Origin: Hyaloraphidium curvatum SAG 235-1
Lineage: Eukaryota; Fungi; Monoblepharomycota
Length of the DNA stretch: 64,000 nucleotides
Assembly: GCA_025558095.1 (NCBI GenBank)
Contig: JAIVFI010000005.1
Coordinates: 372,001 to 436,000 of the forward strand
Direction of reading: 5' to 3'
Every line of letters begins with the position of its first letter. The stretch's first letter is position 1. Below are positions 20,651 through 31,890 of this stretch, in pieces. The notes beneath the pieces are model-generated. The model ran no database searches and had not been told where the DNA came from. It was given only the letters and a program-made list of their open reading frames with translations. The position numbers and the translations under genes were made by a program.

Positions 20651-22456
20651 TCATGCCGCGACGGAGACCTCCCCCGTGCACGTGTACGACAGCCGATCGC
20701 CCCAGATCAGGTCCGCCGGCAGCTCCTTTGCGAACTCGGCCCGGATCGCCGGGTCCAGGGTGACGGCATAGTCGACCCTCCCGCGCTCCTCCGTCTTGCG
20801 CTCCTCGAACCACCCCACGAACCGCAGCCGCGGCATGCCCTGCCACGGCCGGTCCGCGAGCGCCATGCGCCACCAGTCGCGCTTAATTGCAAGCTCGCCA
20901 GGTCCGGGGGGTGCACCGGGGTAGTACGAGGCGCTGGTTTCGGGAACCGCGAACGGTTTTCCAGGGAACATAGCATAGAAATCCCACTGCGGCTGGCCAC
21001 TGTCCAGTGACCACTTTGAGTTGCCGCGCACGAGCGCTGCGAAGTGCCCAGGTATCGGGCGGTCGTTCACACCCGCGGCGGGTCCGAACCAATAGACCGA
21101 CAAGCCCAGCCAGTCCACGTACGAGTCGCCAGGCCAATACGGCGTGTACGGATCGTCCCGCAGGTCCAGCACGCCGTCGCGGTTGGTATCCAGCGCGCGG
21201 AACTCGTCGCTCCCCGGGACGGGGGAGTTGCCGTTGGGCGCGTACGGATAGTTCGTGCCCATGTTGGGCGCCCACATGAGCGCCGTGAGGTTGGTCCGCG
21301 CGCGCACGGCCTCGGCGAGGCGCCGGAAGCCCCGCACGTACTGCAGGGGCTTCTGGCCGTAGGGGTTCCAGTTGCCGTTCATCTCGTGGGCGAAGCGCAG
21401 GAGCACGGGGACGCCGAGTTCGTAGTTGATGCGGCGGAGGTCGGTGGCAATGCGGTCGTACAGGGCCGGGTTGATGGCGTCCAGCTCCGTGGTTGGCATG
21501 AGCGCGACGTGCATCAAGGAGGGCGCCGTCGGGGGCGAGTGGCGCCGGGCGTTTTGGCGGAGCAGCTGCGCCTTCCAGAGTAGCATATCGGCCTCGTAGT
21601 CCGACGCGGTTATCTTGATGAAACTGCCCACGACCGCAGGCTGCCGCCCGAGCCTGGACTCGAGCGCGTCGGGCGTGTCGACCTGGAAGTCGATGCTGAA
21701 GCCCACCATCGGAGCCGAACCGGGCGGCTCGAGGCGGGCGCGCGGGCCAGCGTACGTGCAGTCCGCGGACTCGTTGAACGCCGGCCCTTTGGCCGCCATG
21801 GCCTGCCCGTGCATGACGGCGACGCGGTAGCCGATCACGCTCAGGAGACCAAAGGCCAGGAAGACGGAGAGCACGGATTTGGCGACCCAGATTGCGTTCC
21901 GGGTGCGCTGGCGTGCCCTGCCCTTGGGCCCGACGACACCGGGCACGAACTGGGTCGTCCGTTCACGCGGCTTGAAGCCCGACGGAATCCCGGGTATCTT
22001 GACGTCCTCCTCGACGATTTCGGGGGCCGGTGCGGGGGCCACGGCGGCCGACAGCTTCCTCAGCAGCGGGCGCGCCCCGATCGCGGCCGCAGCGGGCAGC
22101 GCCTGCAGCGAATCGAGCACTGCGGCCAGCGATGCGCCGCGTGCGGGGGCGTGCACCACCATTCGCGACTGCATCGAGTCGGAGCGGGCGGGCGTGTCCA
22201 GGGAGTGGGGCGAGTGGGGCGGCTCGGCGAAGCGCGGCGAGGGTGAGCCGCGGAGGCTGTCTGTCCGCGAGGGCGAGAGCGGCGAGCGCGGGGAGGGGAT
22301 GGCCGAGGCGGGGCGCACCCATCGCGGCGGCGGCACGGGCGTGCCCGGCGGGGAGGCGAGCGGCGGCGGGGCCGGCGGGGCGGAGGCGCGCTGCGGGGCC
22401 GCCGAGAGCGGGTCTGCGCCGCGGCCCCCGGGAATTGGTGCGGGTCGTTCGTCCAT
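20651..22456 (-). CDS. Type II membrane-anchored glycoside hydrolase family 26 protein; intronless
   Basis: Disordered N-terminus, single TM helix (VLSVFLAFGLLSVIGY), LLRFAHEMNGNWNPYG, WAPN, DPYTPYWPGDSYVDWLG, KPFAVPET. Confidence 0.88.
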   Translation of the reverse strand: MDERPAPIPGGRGADPLSAAPQRASAPPAPPPLASPPGTPVPPPRWVRPASAIPSPRSPLSPSRTDSLRGSPSPRFAEPPHSPHSLDTPARSDSMQSRMVVHAPARGASLAAVLDSLQALPAAAAIGARPLLRKLSAAVAPAPAPEIVEEDVKIPGIPSGFKPRERTTQFVPGVVGPKGRARQRTRNAIWVAKSVLSVFLAFGLLSVIGYRVAVMHGQAMAAKGPAFNESADCTYAGPRARLEPPGSAPMVGFSIDFQVDTPDALESRLGRQPAVVGSFIKITASDYEADMLLWKAQLLRQNARRHSPPTAPSLMHVALMPTTELDAINPALYDRIATDLRRINYELGVPVLLRFAHEMNGNWNPYGQKPLQYVRGFRRLAEAVRARTNLTALMWAPNMGTNYPYAPNGNSPVPGSDEFRALDTNRDGVLDLRDDPYTPYWPGDSYVDWLGLSVYWFGPAAGVNDRPIPGHFAALVRGNSKWSLDSGQPQWDFYAMFPGKPFAVPETSASYYPGAPPGPGELAIKRDWWRMALADRPWQGMPRLRFVGWFEERKTEERGRVDYAVTLDPAIRAEFAKELPADLIWGDRLSYTCTGEVSVAA

Positions 22457-22936
22457 CGTGTGACCGGGGTAATCGAGGTCTGCTCGGCTCGAAATGGAGC
22501 CCGGCACAGCGCCCGGAAATGGAAGTGGCTCTGAGACGGGGGCGGAGCTTGCCGCGGCGCCGGGGGCGGCTGGGTCAGCACATGCCAGATCGCGGCGCTC
22601 CTAGATGAGGCGCCTGAAACCAATCGCGCACGTCATTGATGGAATGCATGGCAGCTGCAGGACGTAGTGGTAAGCCGCGGATGCCCCCCCTTTGCGTGAT
22701 TGCCTGGAGGCGGCCGTCTTCCATCACGGGTCAGATCAGATCACCGATGTGATCTGCTGGTAGCGGCCGCGGTTGGGCATGGGGATGTAGATCAGCGCAC
22801 TTCTTGTCCATAGTAGCTGCGTCTAGTCCGCATCCGCGGTTCGAAGTGAATGGCAGATGCTGATCTCGTCAACCGGAAGTTTCGGCTTCTCCCCGCTGCC
22901 TCCTGCCTCCCTCCTTTGCCTCTCTCTCATCCCGCC

Positions 22937-24234
22937 ATGTCGGGCAGCCGCACCGCGCCGCGCCGGCAGCCATCTCCGCCGCCGGAGGACGGGGAGGGTG
23001 CCGCGGGGGAGCACGGCGACGGCCCGTCGGGTTCCGTTTACAGGCTGTGGTGCCACACGTGCAACGCCGAGCGCACGCGGGCCGACGCGACGCCGATCTG
23101 CCCGGAGTGTGGGTTTCTAGCGGGCGCGCCGGAGTCGGGAACTGACGCGGAGTGTTCCCGCCCTTCCGGGCCTCTTCCGGCTTCCCCCAACTTCCGGCCT
23201 CGCTCCGACTGCGCTCCCGTGCCTCCCAACTACCGATTTCCCACCCATTGTCTATGCTGCAAACCTTGATTCCCTTCCGGCGTCCAGGCGACGGCGACTT
23301 TGTCGAGGAGATCACCGACGACTCGGACGTGCGGGAGCTGTTCGGCGGCGACGAGGAGGACGACGGCGCGGACGACGACGACGGTGGCCCGCCGCCGCCC
23401 GACCTGCCGAACATGCTGCAGCAGATCCTCGCGCAGGCGCTCGGCCCGCACGCGCAGCTCAACATCCAGGCCACGCACGTGGGGCCCGGCGGACCGCAGA
23501 CGCAGACCTTCACCTTCAACGCGGGCGGGCCGTCCGGCGCGGGGCAGGCTGCGGGGCCGGCGTGGGGGGCGCAGCCCGCGGGCGGCGCGCTGGGGCCGAA
23601 CAACGGGAACCTGCTGGCCGCCCTGCTCGGCGAGGCGTTGGGCGTGCCGGGCGGGAGCTTCAACGCGGAGCCCTTCTTCAACCGCATCTTCGGCTCGCTG
23701 GGCATGGTCGGGAACCCGGGGGACTATGCGTTCGGGCGCGAGTTCGACGACATCGTGACGCAGCTGATGGAGCAGGGCGTGGGGAGGCAGGCACCGCCGC
23801 CGGCCCCCGAGGAGCTCATAAAGAAGCTGCCGCGGGTCAAGGTGTCCAAGGAGCAGGCCGAGGGACAGCCCTGCCCCATCTGCCAGGACCCATTCGTCGA
23901 GGGAGAGGAGCTGCCGCAGCTGCCCTGTGGCCACATTTTCCACGATGAATGCAACGACCAGTGGCTCAAGATCAACGGCACCTGGTGGGTTTGCCCGTTG
24001 CTTTGCAATCCGGCTATGGTTGCTGACGTGACCCGCATCGGCAGCCCGGTGTGCCGGTTCCGCCTGACCCCGGAAGAGTCGAGTACTGCGCAGGATGGCG
24101 GCGATCCGGGCGGCGGGGCTTCCTCGAGCGGCGGGGCTTCCTCCAGCGGCGGCGCATCGGGATCCGGATCAGGCAACGGACTGAGCCGCACGGACTCTTC
24201 TTCCTCGGCAATGCCGGGCAGCTTCCCGCAATAG
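22937..24234 (+). CDS. RING-H2 E3 ubiquitin ligase, RNF126/RNF115-like
   Basis: N-terminal WCHTC...CPEC..DFVEEI; GNPGDYAFG..FDDIVTQL; CPICQD...LPCGHIFHDEC..WL....T/CPVCR. Confidence 0.9.
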
Positions 24235-24252
24235 ACAGCGCGCGATACCCCT

Positions 24253-25707
24253 CTATGCCGGCCTCAATCGCGCCGTCTCCCTGCACTTCTTGATCAGGGC
24301 CCGCTTCATGAACTGCTCCCGGGCCAGCGTCCGCACGTGCTTCATGAAGGTGGCGAGGTCGATGCGCTCGCTGTTGAGCGCACGGCTGAGGTGGTAGATG
24401 AGGTCCTCGATGGCCTGCTCCTCGGCGTTGAGCTCCAGGATTCTGCAAAGGCGGTGAGGGTTAGCCCACTCGGGCCGCCTGGCCGCGGGACCGACACCCA
24501 CTGGTTGTAGAGCGGATACGGCGCCGCGAGAGCCTGGTCCGGGTCCACCTCCGGGTGGCTCCGCAGCGCCTCCACCGCCTCCCGCATCTCCTCCCCCGCC
24601 TTTAGTAGCCCCTCTGTGTTGCGGTCTATCCGCGCCGCTTCCTCCTGCAGCCGCCGCAGGGAATCCACCACGCGCTTCTCCGAGTCGTTGAGCCGCTTGT
24701 TGATCATCAGGTCCCGCTCCATGTTTTCGGTCATGTGCTGCGAGTAGCTCGCGAAGCTGGCCTGGACCTTTTCCCGCAGCGCGTCGCGCGGGTTGGACGG
24801 GCGCGGGCGGAGCGGGTCACGCAGGCCAGAGGGCGGCGCGACGCCCGAGGAAATGTCCGAGAGGAGGCCGCCGTCCGTGAGCGGCCGGGCGAGGAGGTCC
24901 GTCGGGTTCGGCGTCCGCGAGTAGGGCGGCGCGGCCGTCGTCGGCGATCCCGACCACGAGTCCGCGGGCTCCGCCGGCGGGCGCAGCGGGGGAGGCGGGG
25001 GCGGAAGGTCCGCCGATTGCCGGCTCGTCTGGGAAAAGGAGTGCGCGTGCGCGGCTCTCTCCGGGGTCGACGAGCGGTCTGGCAGCGCCGAGGCCGATGC
25101 GGAGGGTCCGACGGGGTTGTAGGGAGGGGGGCGGGAAGGGAGGGTCGAAGAGGCAGAAGGGGCCGCCTTGGCCGCGCCCGCCATCGCCGGGGGAGGATTG
25201 GAGGGTTTCGTGTAGACAGGCGGCTCCTGCCCAAAGATCTGCTGGAGCACAACGAGGAAATCGACGATCGTGGATTCCTGGAATGGGGAGAGGCGCGTCA
25301 GCGGGCGTCCGGCCGCGTCCGAAGGGCCAGGCGCTCCGAACCTCGACGCGGTCGTGCCAGTGGGCGAGGTATGGGTGGTATATCTTCCCGCTGAGGTCCA
25401 CGTGCTTGCTGGGCCGGATCAGCATCTGCGGCGTGGGAACCACGTAGCACATCGCGGGCTGGAACGGGTAGTTGTGCGGGATCCAGACGGCGACGGGGAT
25501 GTTGTACGTGTTCCCGCGGAACTGCACGGGCACGGTGCCGTGCAGGCACAGGAGGACGACCGTCTGGCCCGTGTCGTGGGTGAAGCTCTCGTGTTTGGGC
25601 GAGAGACCAGAGTATTTGACCAGCGCGGCGTCGGCGTCGCGGAAGACGCGGTCGGCGTGCGGGTAGCCAACGAGCACGCTCTTGAGCCACCGCCGTATGT
25701 CCTCCAT
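24253..25707 (-). CDS. VPS23: ESCRT-I subunit Vps23/TSG101
   Basis: UEV domain (LCLHGTVPV.FRGNTYNIPV.VWIP..YP..P), Pro-rich linker, coiled coil, SB domain (AIEDLIYHL...FMKHVRTLAREQF). Confidence 0.93.
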
Positions 25708-25963
25708 GTGGAGACAAGTCCCAAGAAAGGCTTCAACAGGGCAGTCGGGCTCTGCCGCTCTCCGAATGCCGGGCCACCGTTGGAACGATTGCGTGGCAAG
25801 GGCGATCGCTGGACGAGCGTTCAATCCCGTTCTCATTGCCGATCGTTACTGTCGGCGACCTGTCCCTATACAAGAGCACCGTATGTGATGCAATGCCAGC
25901 AGCACGCATCCTTGAGCAGGTCGAACGCCCAAGTCGTGGCCTCCTTTTGGCAAGGAAGACTCT

Positions 25964-27130
25964 TCACCCCTTCGAGCAAACAACCTTGTGGGTTGCCCAG
26001 TCGAGCTTCTGGCAATCGATGTCGCAGTACCTATGGGTGAGAGTCTAGTTGAGCAAACCACACCATTGCTTTGGGAACATTCGCTCACTTCGCGTTGCCG
26101 CACCTCCCACACTTCTTCGGATTCTTGCAGTGCGAGCAACGGTACAACGCCGCGCTGTTCATGCTCATCTTGGGATGGGCACAGTGGGGTTCGCTGTCGG
26201 GCCCGTCCTCGAGGTGCGTGTTCTCCAGCCAAGCAACCAAGTCGTCGTGGTCTCTCGTTGCACTCCTCGACGCCTCCTCGCGAGGCTTCCCGTCGAGATC
26301 ATCGAAGCGCTTCACAGCGGGACCCCACTCCTTGATCGCCTTTGGATACAAGTCCAGCACGAGCTCGCGAACGAGGCGGACCTGCACCTTCCTGATCGGG
26401 ATCTCGCGCGCGACGCGTTGGCACTTCGCGCGGCCTCCACAACGGCCGCCAGCACGTTCCGCAAATCGATTTCCTTCAAAAGTGCGGGACTGGGAGGCTG
26501 ATCCTCTGTGATTGCCGTGCCGGCTGCGTGAGCCATCGAAACGACAGCGAGCTCCTGGATCTCGGCGTCGTCCGGATGCGCCTTCATCTGGGCGATGAGC
26601 TTGGAGGCGTTGCGCGCAATGCGCATGCGCGATTCGAGACCGCCGAGGTGCGACACCGTAGCAATCGCGTTCAATGCCAGGTGTCGAGTTGAAGGGAGGT
26701 CGAGAATGAACACCAGGTTCTCCACCAGGCCTCGATCGATCAGCCTGTCTTTCAGCAGCTTGTCCGCACATAGCTTCGTCCAGATCGCCGCCACGGCCGC
26801 CAAGACGATCTCGCTGGAACGGCTCTTCGCGGTCTCGAACAGCTGGTCGAGGCGTCCAGCGATGGCGGGGAAGTTCGCGTGCACCTTCCGGAGACCGCTC
26901 CTGGTTTGAAGGTCTGGGCTCCGGGTCAGCCCGTCGCGCAATCGTGTCGGCGCGCGGGTTGACTTGCCTGGAATATTGCACGCGGCGCAGATCGCGTCCA
27001 CCGCGGATCTGCACGTAGTGCACGCGTCGAGGTCCTCAAACAGGTCCGCAGGAAGCGTTGCGAGGCCACCCGACGCGTTCCCACGACCCTTGGAACGCGT
27101 GCTGCGTGTCCTTTGCCGCCCGTCTGCCAT
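25964..27130 (-). pseudogene. MYND zinc-finger protein with helical N-terminus; frameshifted, apparent internal deletion
   Basis: PDLQTRSGLRKVH...RHLALNAIATVSHLGG in one frame; AIKEW...DDLVAWL..CAHP...YRCSHCKNPKKCGRCG/RYCDIDCQKLDWATHKVVC in another; frame break near 26410 with no intron-sized GT-AG. Confidence 0.6.
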
Positions 27131-27356
27131 TGTTCGCGTTCAAGTTGGCGATCACATGCCAGTGTTTGTGTCGCGGCGCGGCGGAGATTTCGACGCCACC
27201 AATTGCCAAACCCGACCCGTGCGCACGACTCACATCTCGCCCGCCGGAGTTGGGTCTCCCCGCAGCTGCCATCTTGGAGCTCGCGTGATCTGCCCTCATC
27301 GGACTTGGAGCGTTGGCCGCCGCCGTGGAAAGCATTCGCTCCCGCTCCGTGGCCGC

Positions 27357-28580
27357 ATGTTCTCGCCCGGCAAAGCTCGCACAGCCGCCTACATCGCCTT
27401 CGGACTCGCGGCGGCCGCCGGCGTGCAATCGATCTACTCGAGAATGAAGCGCAAACCGGACCTGGGCTTCCTTAGGGGCGACATGGTATTCGTGCCTGGC
27501 TTCAAGGGTACCCATCTGCACGACAGGAAGACTAAGCGGAAAGTTTACATGACATTGGCGTTGGCCCTCAATCTTATTAAGCCGGATCTCAGGCTGGAGA
27601 CGGACTGGGACCATCCCGACGCGGAGACCGCGCTCGTGCCCGGCGAAGTCATAACCACCCTCGCGGGCGGCCTCGTGAACCTCACCGGAGACTTTGTTTC
27701 GGCGATGCGCGCACGCGAGAAGGAGTGTCCGGACTTTCGGTTCCATGTCTTTGCCTACGACTGGAGGAGGGACAACCTAACCTCTGCAAGGGAGCTGGAA
27801 GAGTTCGTCGCAGGGATCTGCAAGCAGAACGGCGGACGCCCTGTCTGGTGTCTCGGGTTTTCGATGGGCGGGTTGTTAAGCTTGCACATGCTCCACATGC
27901 GCCCGGAGCTCGTGCGCGGTCTCCTGTTGGTTGGCAGCCCCATCGGTTCCGTGAGATCCATTCTGCCGACGTTGAACCAAGGCGACAAGCTGCTATTCAA
28001 CGACACGGCACATTCAGACGTTACACAGTCGACTTGGGCTTCGGGCTACTCTATGCTGTGCGATGGCTCAGAACTCTTCCTCGATGCGGACACCGGCGAG
28101 CTGGTGGACCTGGACCTGTGGAATCCGGACACGTGGGTCGAGCGAGAGCTGAGCACGGCCATCCGAAAGGCTGTTGCCGAAGGACGGAAGGAGGAGGCAC
28201 GGGCGTTCATGGCCAAGGTGCTTGAGCGGGGCAAGATCTTCAACCGTGATATGCGGAAGTACGATCCTGCCATTCGTTATCCGCCCATCGCTACCGTCCA
28301 CGGCCGGAATAGGATGGCGGGCTACACGTACAAGGCGAGCTTCAGGGATGGGAAGCTGAGCGAGGTCGACTGGACGCACCCCGTAAAGAGCGTGCCAGCA
28401 GACGGGACTGCTCCGCAGTATTCCATCGCCCTGCCGCCGGGAATTCCTGTGGTTGGAGACTACGAGAGTGAGGTCATCCACAGGGAGATGATGAATGATC
28501 CCGTGGTGTTCAAGGCTCTGAGGGCCATCGTCGAGGCCGAACTGCAGGCGGAGGCGGCCGAGGGGAAGAGGTTCGACTAG
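27357..28580 (+). CDS. Alpha/beta-hydrolase, LCAT/PGAP1-like lipase or acyltransferase; intronless
   Basis: VFVPGFKGT, FAYDWRRD, GFSMGG nucleophile elbow, DGT and H near the C-terminus. Confidence 0.85.
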   Translation: MFSPGKARTAAYIAFGLAAAAGVQSIYSRMKRKPDLGFLRGDMVFVPGFKGTHLHDRKTKRKVYMTLALALNLIKPDLRLETDWDHPDAETALVPGEVITTLAGGLVNLTGDFVSAMRAREKECPDFRFHVFAYDWRRDNLTSARELEEFVAGICKQNGGRPVWCLGFSMGGLLSLHMLHMRPELVRGLLLVGSPIGSVRSILPTLNQGDKLLFNDTAHSDVTQSTWASGYSMLCDGSELFLDADTGELVDLDLWNPDTWVERELSTAIRKAVAEGRKEEARAFMAKVLERGKIFNRDMRKYDPAIRYPPIATVHGRNRMAGYTYKASFRDGKLSEVDWTHPVKSVPADGTAPQYSIALPPGIPVVGDYESEVIHREMMNDPVVFKALRAIVEAELQAEAAEGKRFD

Positions 28581-28639
28581 GAACGAATCCCACTGCTGTG
28601 TCAACCACTCGTACACACTTTTGCGCTCGCTCGTCCGCG

Positions 28640-29248
28640 CTACCCTCGCTTCACTACTTCCACAAGGCCCTCGGAAACCAGGTTCTTGTAACGCTCTCCC
28701 TCGTTGCCATCCTGCCACAATGCGAGCCAGGAACCCCAGGAATTGGTGGCCCGCTTTTGCTTGACCAGCTCGAGGTCCTCAAGCTCGGCTCGAAGCTTTC
28801 GAAACAAGTCCTCGTCCATGTGCGGCTTCCGAGCGAATATCTGCACACATTCCGAGTTGAGCATAGTGCTTCCCACGTGGAGGGCAATCCATTCAAAGTC
28901 CGGCCCGTGGCCGATGATCGAAGTTGTGTTGTTCAAGTAAAGCAGGCCGAGCGGAAAGGGGCCTGTCATGCGCCAGTGGAACCGACCGTCGTCCGGTTGC
29001 AGTTGAACGTCCAGCCCCAACGCGCGACTGAATCCCGCGGTGTCCGATGCGTTCAGGCCTTTGTACAACATAGTCTCTTTCATCGTGAGGAGCTTCGTCT
29101 TTGGATCCAGCTGCGCCTCCTCGTAAACGATCCGTACTTCTCTCCTCTTCCGGTAGAAAGGGTTCGTCGAGAACAGCACGTAGTATTCGCCGAGGAGACG
29201 GTCCGACAGCCCGTCCGGCGATGACGGGAAACTGATGAGGGGGGCCAT
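28640..29248 (-). CDS. Lipocalin-like beta-barrel protein
   Basis: LLGEYYVLFST.P, V.IVY, G.D, FHWR..G, EWIAL, IFARKP pattern of fungal lipocalin-like proteins. Confidence 0.5.
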   Translation of the reverse strand: MAPLISFPSSPDGLSDRLLGEYYVLFSTNPFYRKRREVRIVYEEAQLDPKTKLLTMKETMLYKGLNASDTAGFSRALGLDVQLQPDDGRFHWRMTGPFPLGLLYLNNTTSIIGHGPDFEWIALHVGSTMLNSECVQIFARKPHMDEDLFRKLRAELEDLELVKQKRATNSWGSWLALWQDGNEGERYKNLVSEGLVEVVKRG

Positions 29249-29385
29249 ATCACCGTCTATCAATCCGACGAGGAGTCCGAGCACCGCAACGGTGCGTGAG
29301 TGTTGAGCGGCAAGGCGGCCCGACTGTTGGGTGCACAGGACGATCGGATCGGATGGGATCCCCCACGCCGTAAACAAACCGCGCG

Positions 29386-30616
29386 ATGTCGGCGCCAAGG
29401 CTCTCGGTGCGACATCTCTACGCGTCTTGCAACGCTTTCCTACCCAGTTCGACGCGATTAGCATGGGGATCGGTCGCGGGAGCGGCCGACGCGTCGCGCC
29501 GAAGTCTTCCAACTGCATCACGATCGCAGAACGCTGTGCTCCACCGACGTGCTCTGCATGTCGTTCCGACACCGACAATGGCCGGCGAGGCGAAGCGCGA
29601 GGCGGGGCCGGGCCCGAAGCGGGGCGAGCTGCCCGCAGTACCTGCAACTCCCGTTCCGCCTCTGTTCCGCCGCTTCCCACCGTGGACCCACCCGTACCTG
29701 TACCTGGTTCGGCTCGACAAACCGGCGGGAACGCTTCTGCTCTATCTTCCCTGCACTTGGTCGATCGCAATGGCCACCTACAGCGACCCGGCCGTCGGGT
29801 TGCCGTACATGGTCTACATGCTGGGCCTCTTTGGTGCCGGGAGCCTCATTATGCGCGGAGCAGGCTGCATTGTGAACGATCTCTGGGACATTGAATTCGA
29901 TAGAAAGGTCGAAAGGACGCGGACGCGGCCGCTGGCGTCGGGAACTGTCAAGGTCCCTCAGGCGCTCGCCTTCCTCGGGCTCAATCTCGCGGCCGGCTTG
30001 GCCGTGCTGACCCAGCTCAACACATTTAGGTGCGATCCGCACACCACTTCAGTTTGCGGCTTCTAACCGTCCCATGCCTAGCATTGCTTTGGGTGCTTCG
30101 TCGTTGCTCCTGGTCGCAAGTTACCCGCTCATGAAGCGGGTCACGTACTGGCCGCAGCTCTTTCTTGGCCTGACCTTCAACTGGGGAGCCCTTTTGGGAT
30201 GGTCGGCAGTTCTGGGCGGCCTCAATCCTTTCGTCTGCCTGCCGCTATATGCCGCGGGCATCCTCTGGACCCTGCATTACGATACCATCTACGCACTGCA
30301 GGACAAGGCCGACGACATCCACGCCGGGGTCAAATCGACCGCCCTGCTCTTCGGCGACAGTGTCACGCAATGGCTGTCGACCTTCGCGGCGGGGAGCGTG
30401 GGACTACTGGCACTCTCCGGCCTTGCCAACGGACAAGGATGGCCCTTCTTTGCTGGAGTGGCCGGTGCAGCTGGACACATGGCTTGGCAGATTGCCACCT
30501 TGAACATTAGGGATCCGAAGGCCGCTTGGGCCAAATTTGTTAGCAATAGGCAAGTAGGGTACATCTTGCTGGCTGGTATCGTGGTCGACATCCTGAGGGA
30601 CCGATTCTTCTCATGA
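29386..30616 (+). CDS. COQ2: 4-hydroxybenzoate polyprenyltransferase
   Basis: [68 protein letters not shown]. Confidence 0.96.
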
Positions 30617-30654
30617 GCTGAATAAAGTGGCTTTGCAACAGGCACAAGGGCAGC

Positions 30655-31757
30655 TCAAAGAGCCAATAGGCCCAGCAGAGACTGCTTCAGCTGATCCTGG
30701 GTCTTGGAGTCCTAAAGCATGGGAGGTCAGAAAAGCCGACGTCCAAAAGGCAGCAAAGACCCACCTTGGTAAGGGCACTGGCGGATGCCTTGTAGCTGGC
30801 AATTTCTCTGGAAATCTGCTGGTTGAAAGCACCGAGCTCCGCCTGCTGCGAAAGCTCTGCGGGGAGAATAAGCAGAGTCCGACAAGGTGGTTACGTCGAC
30901 CAACGGAGTTCGGCGGCTTCTTTCTCGAAAGCCCTGGCGATCTTGACGCTGGCGGTGTAGTTGCGATCCAAGCTTTCCAGTACGGCGAGGGCCACGGTCT
31001 GTCGGCATTTGCATCAGGGACGCGAAGTCATCTGACCAGCGATCCTACCTGGAATTTGTCAAAGTCGTGCTTGAGGCGAGCCACGTGCTGCGAAGAATCG
31101 TCTTCCAGCTCGTCGAACTTGCGCTTGAGGGTGGCGACGTTGTCGTCTCTGCCGAAGGCGTGCTTGTAACGAGGCGGCAAGATCGACAAGTGTTCGCGCC
31201 GCCCACATTCCGGACTCGATCGCCTGGGTGACGGTGTTGAACACCTCGATCACTTTGCAGATCTTTTCCGTGATCTCCTTGTCCATGCGCTGCTGCCTTT
31301 CCGCGCTCTTCTTCTTGAACAAAGTCTTCAGACTTCCAAGGAGCAGCGCGGCATCCTTGTCGCCCCTATTGTGGGCGCGTTGTGCATATAGAATACCGGC
31401 GGAAAACGAACGACCCGCGCAGAAAGCCAATTGGTCATTCGACGGTTCGAGGACCGAAACGCGTCCGCGAAAGGTGACGTACCCGAAAGCCAGCGCGCCC
31501 AACCCTCCGGTGAGATCCATGCCTTCGTCCTTGTCCGCGCGCGCTTCGTCGTAAAGGTCTCCGGTATCGAGCTCTTGGTTCGGCGGCATGGTTTTCCTGC
31601 GGCGCGGTTCGGCCAAGAGCGCCTCCTTCCCGGGCTCCGCCTTCCGGCTCAAGGACGTGGGCAGCGCGGCGGCCGGCCGCGTCCGCGTGACGCGTTCCGT
31701 CGCGGGCACAATCCTGTCGGCCGCCACGCCCCTCGTGACTTTGGCGTCGCCGGCCAT
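30655..31757 (-). CDS. Coiled-coil protein, SYCP3/Cor1-like paralog A
   Basis: Spliced ...DAALLLGSLKTLFKKKSAERQQRMDKE...FDKFQ^TVALAV...ARAFEKEAAEL^QLSQQ...REIASYK...TK^DSKTQDQLKQSLLGLLAL*. Confidence 0.6.
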
Positions 31758-31890
31758 GGTGCGAGGTAGACTGGTGTGGCACCGCGATCCTCGACCGTCC
31801 GATCGCGGACGAAACTCAACTATCGACAACAGAGATCAACTACAATTAGCATTTGTATTTGAACGGAATAGAACGGTCCGAGCGCAAGAA

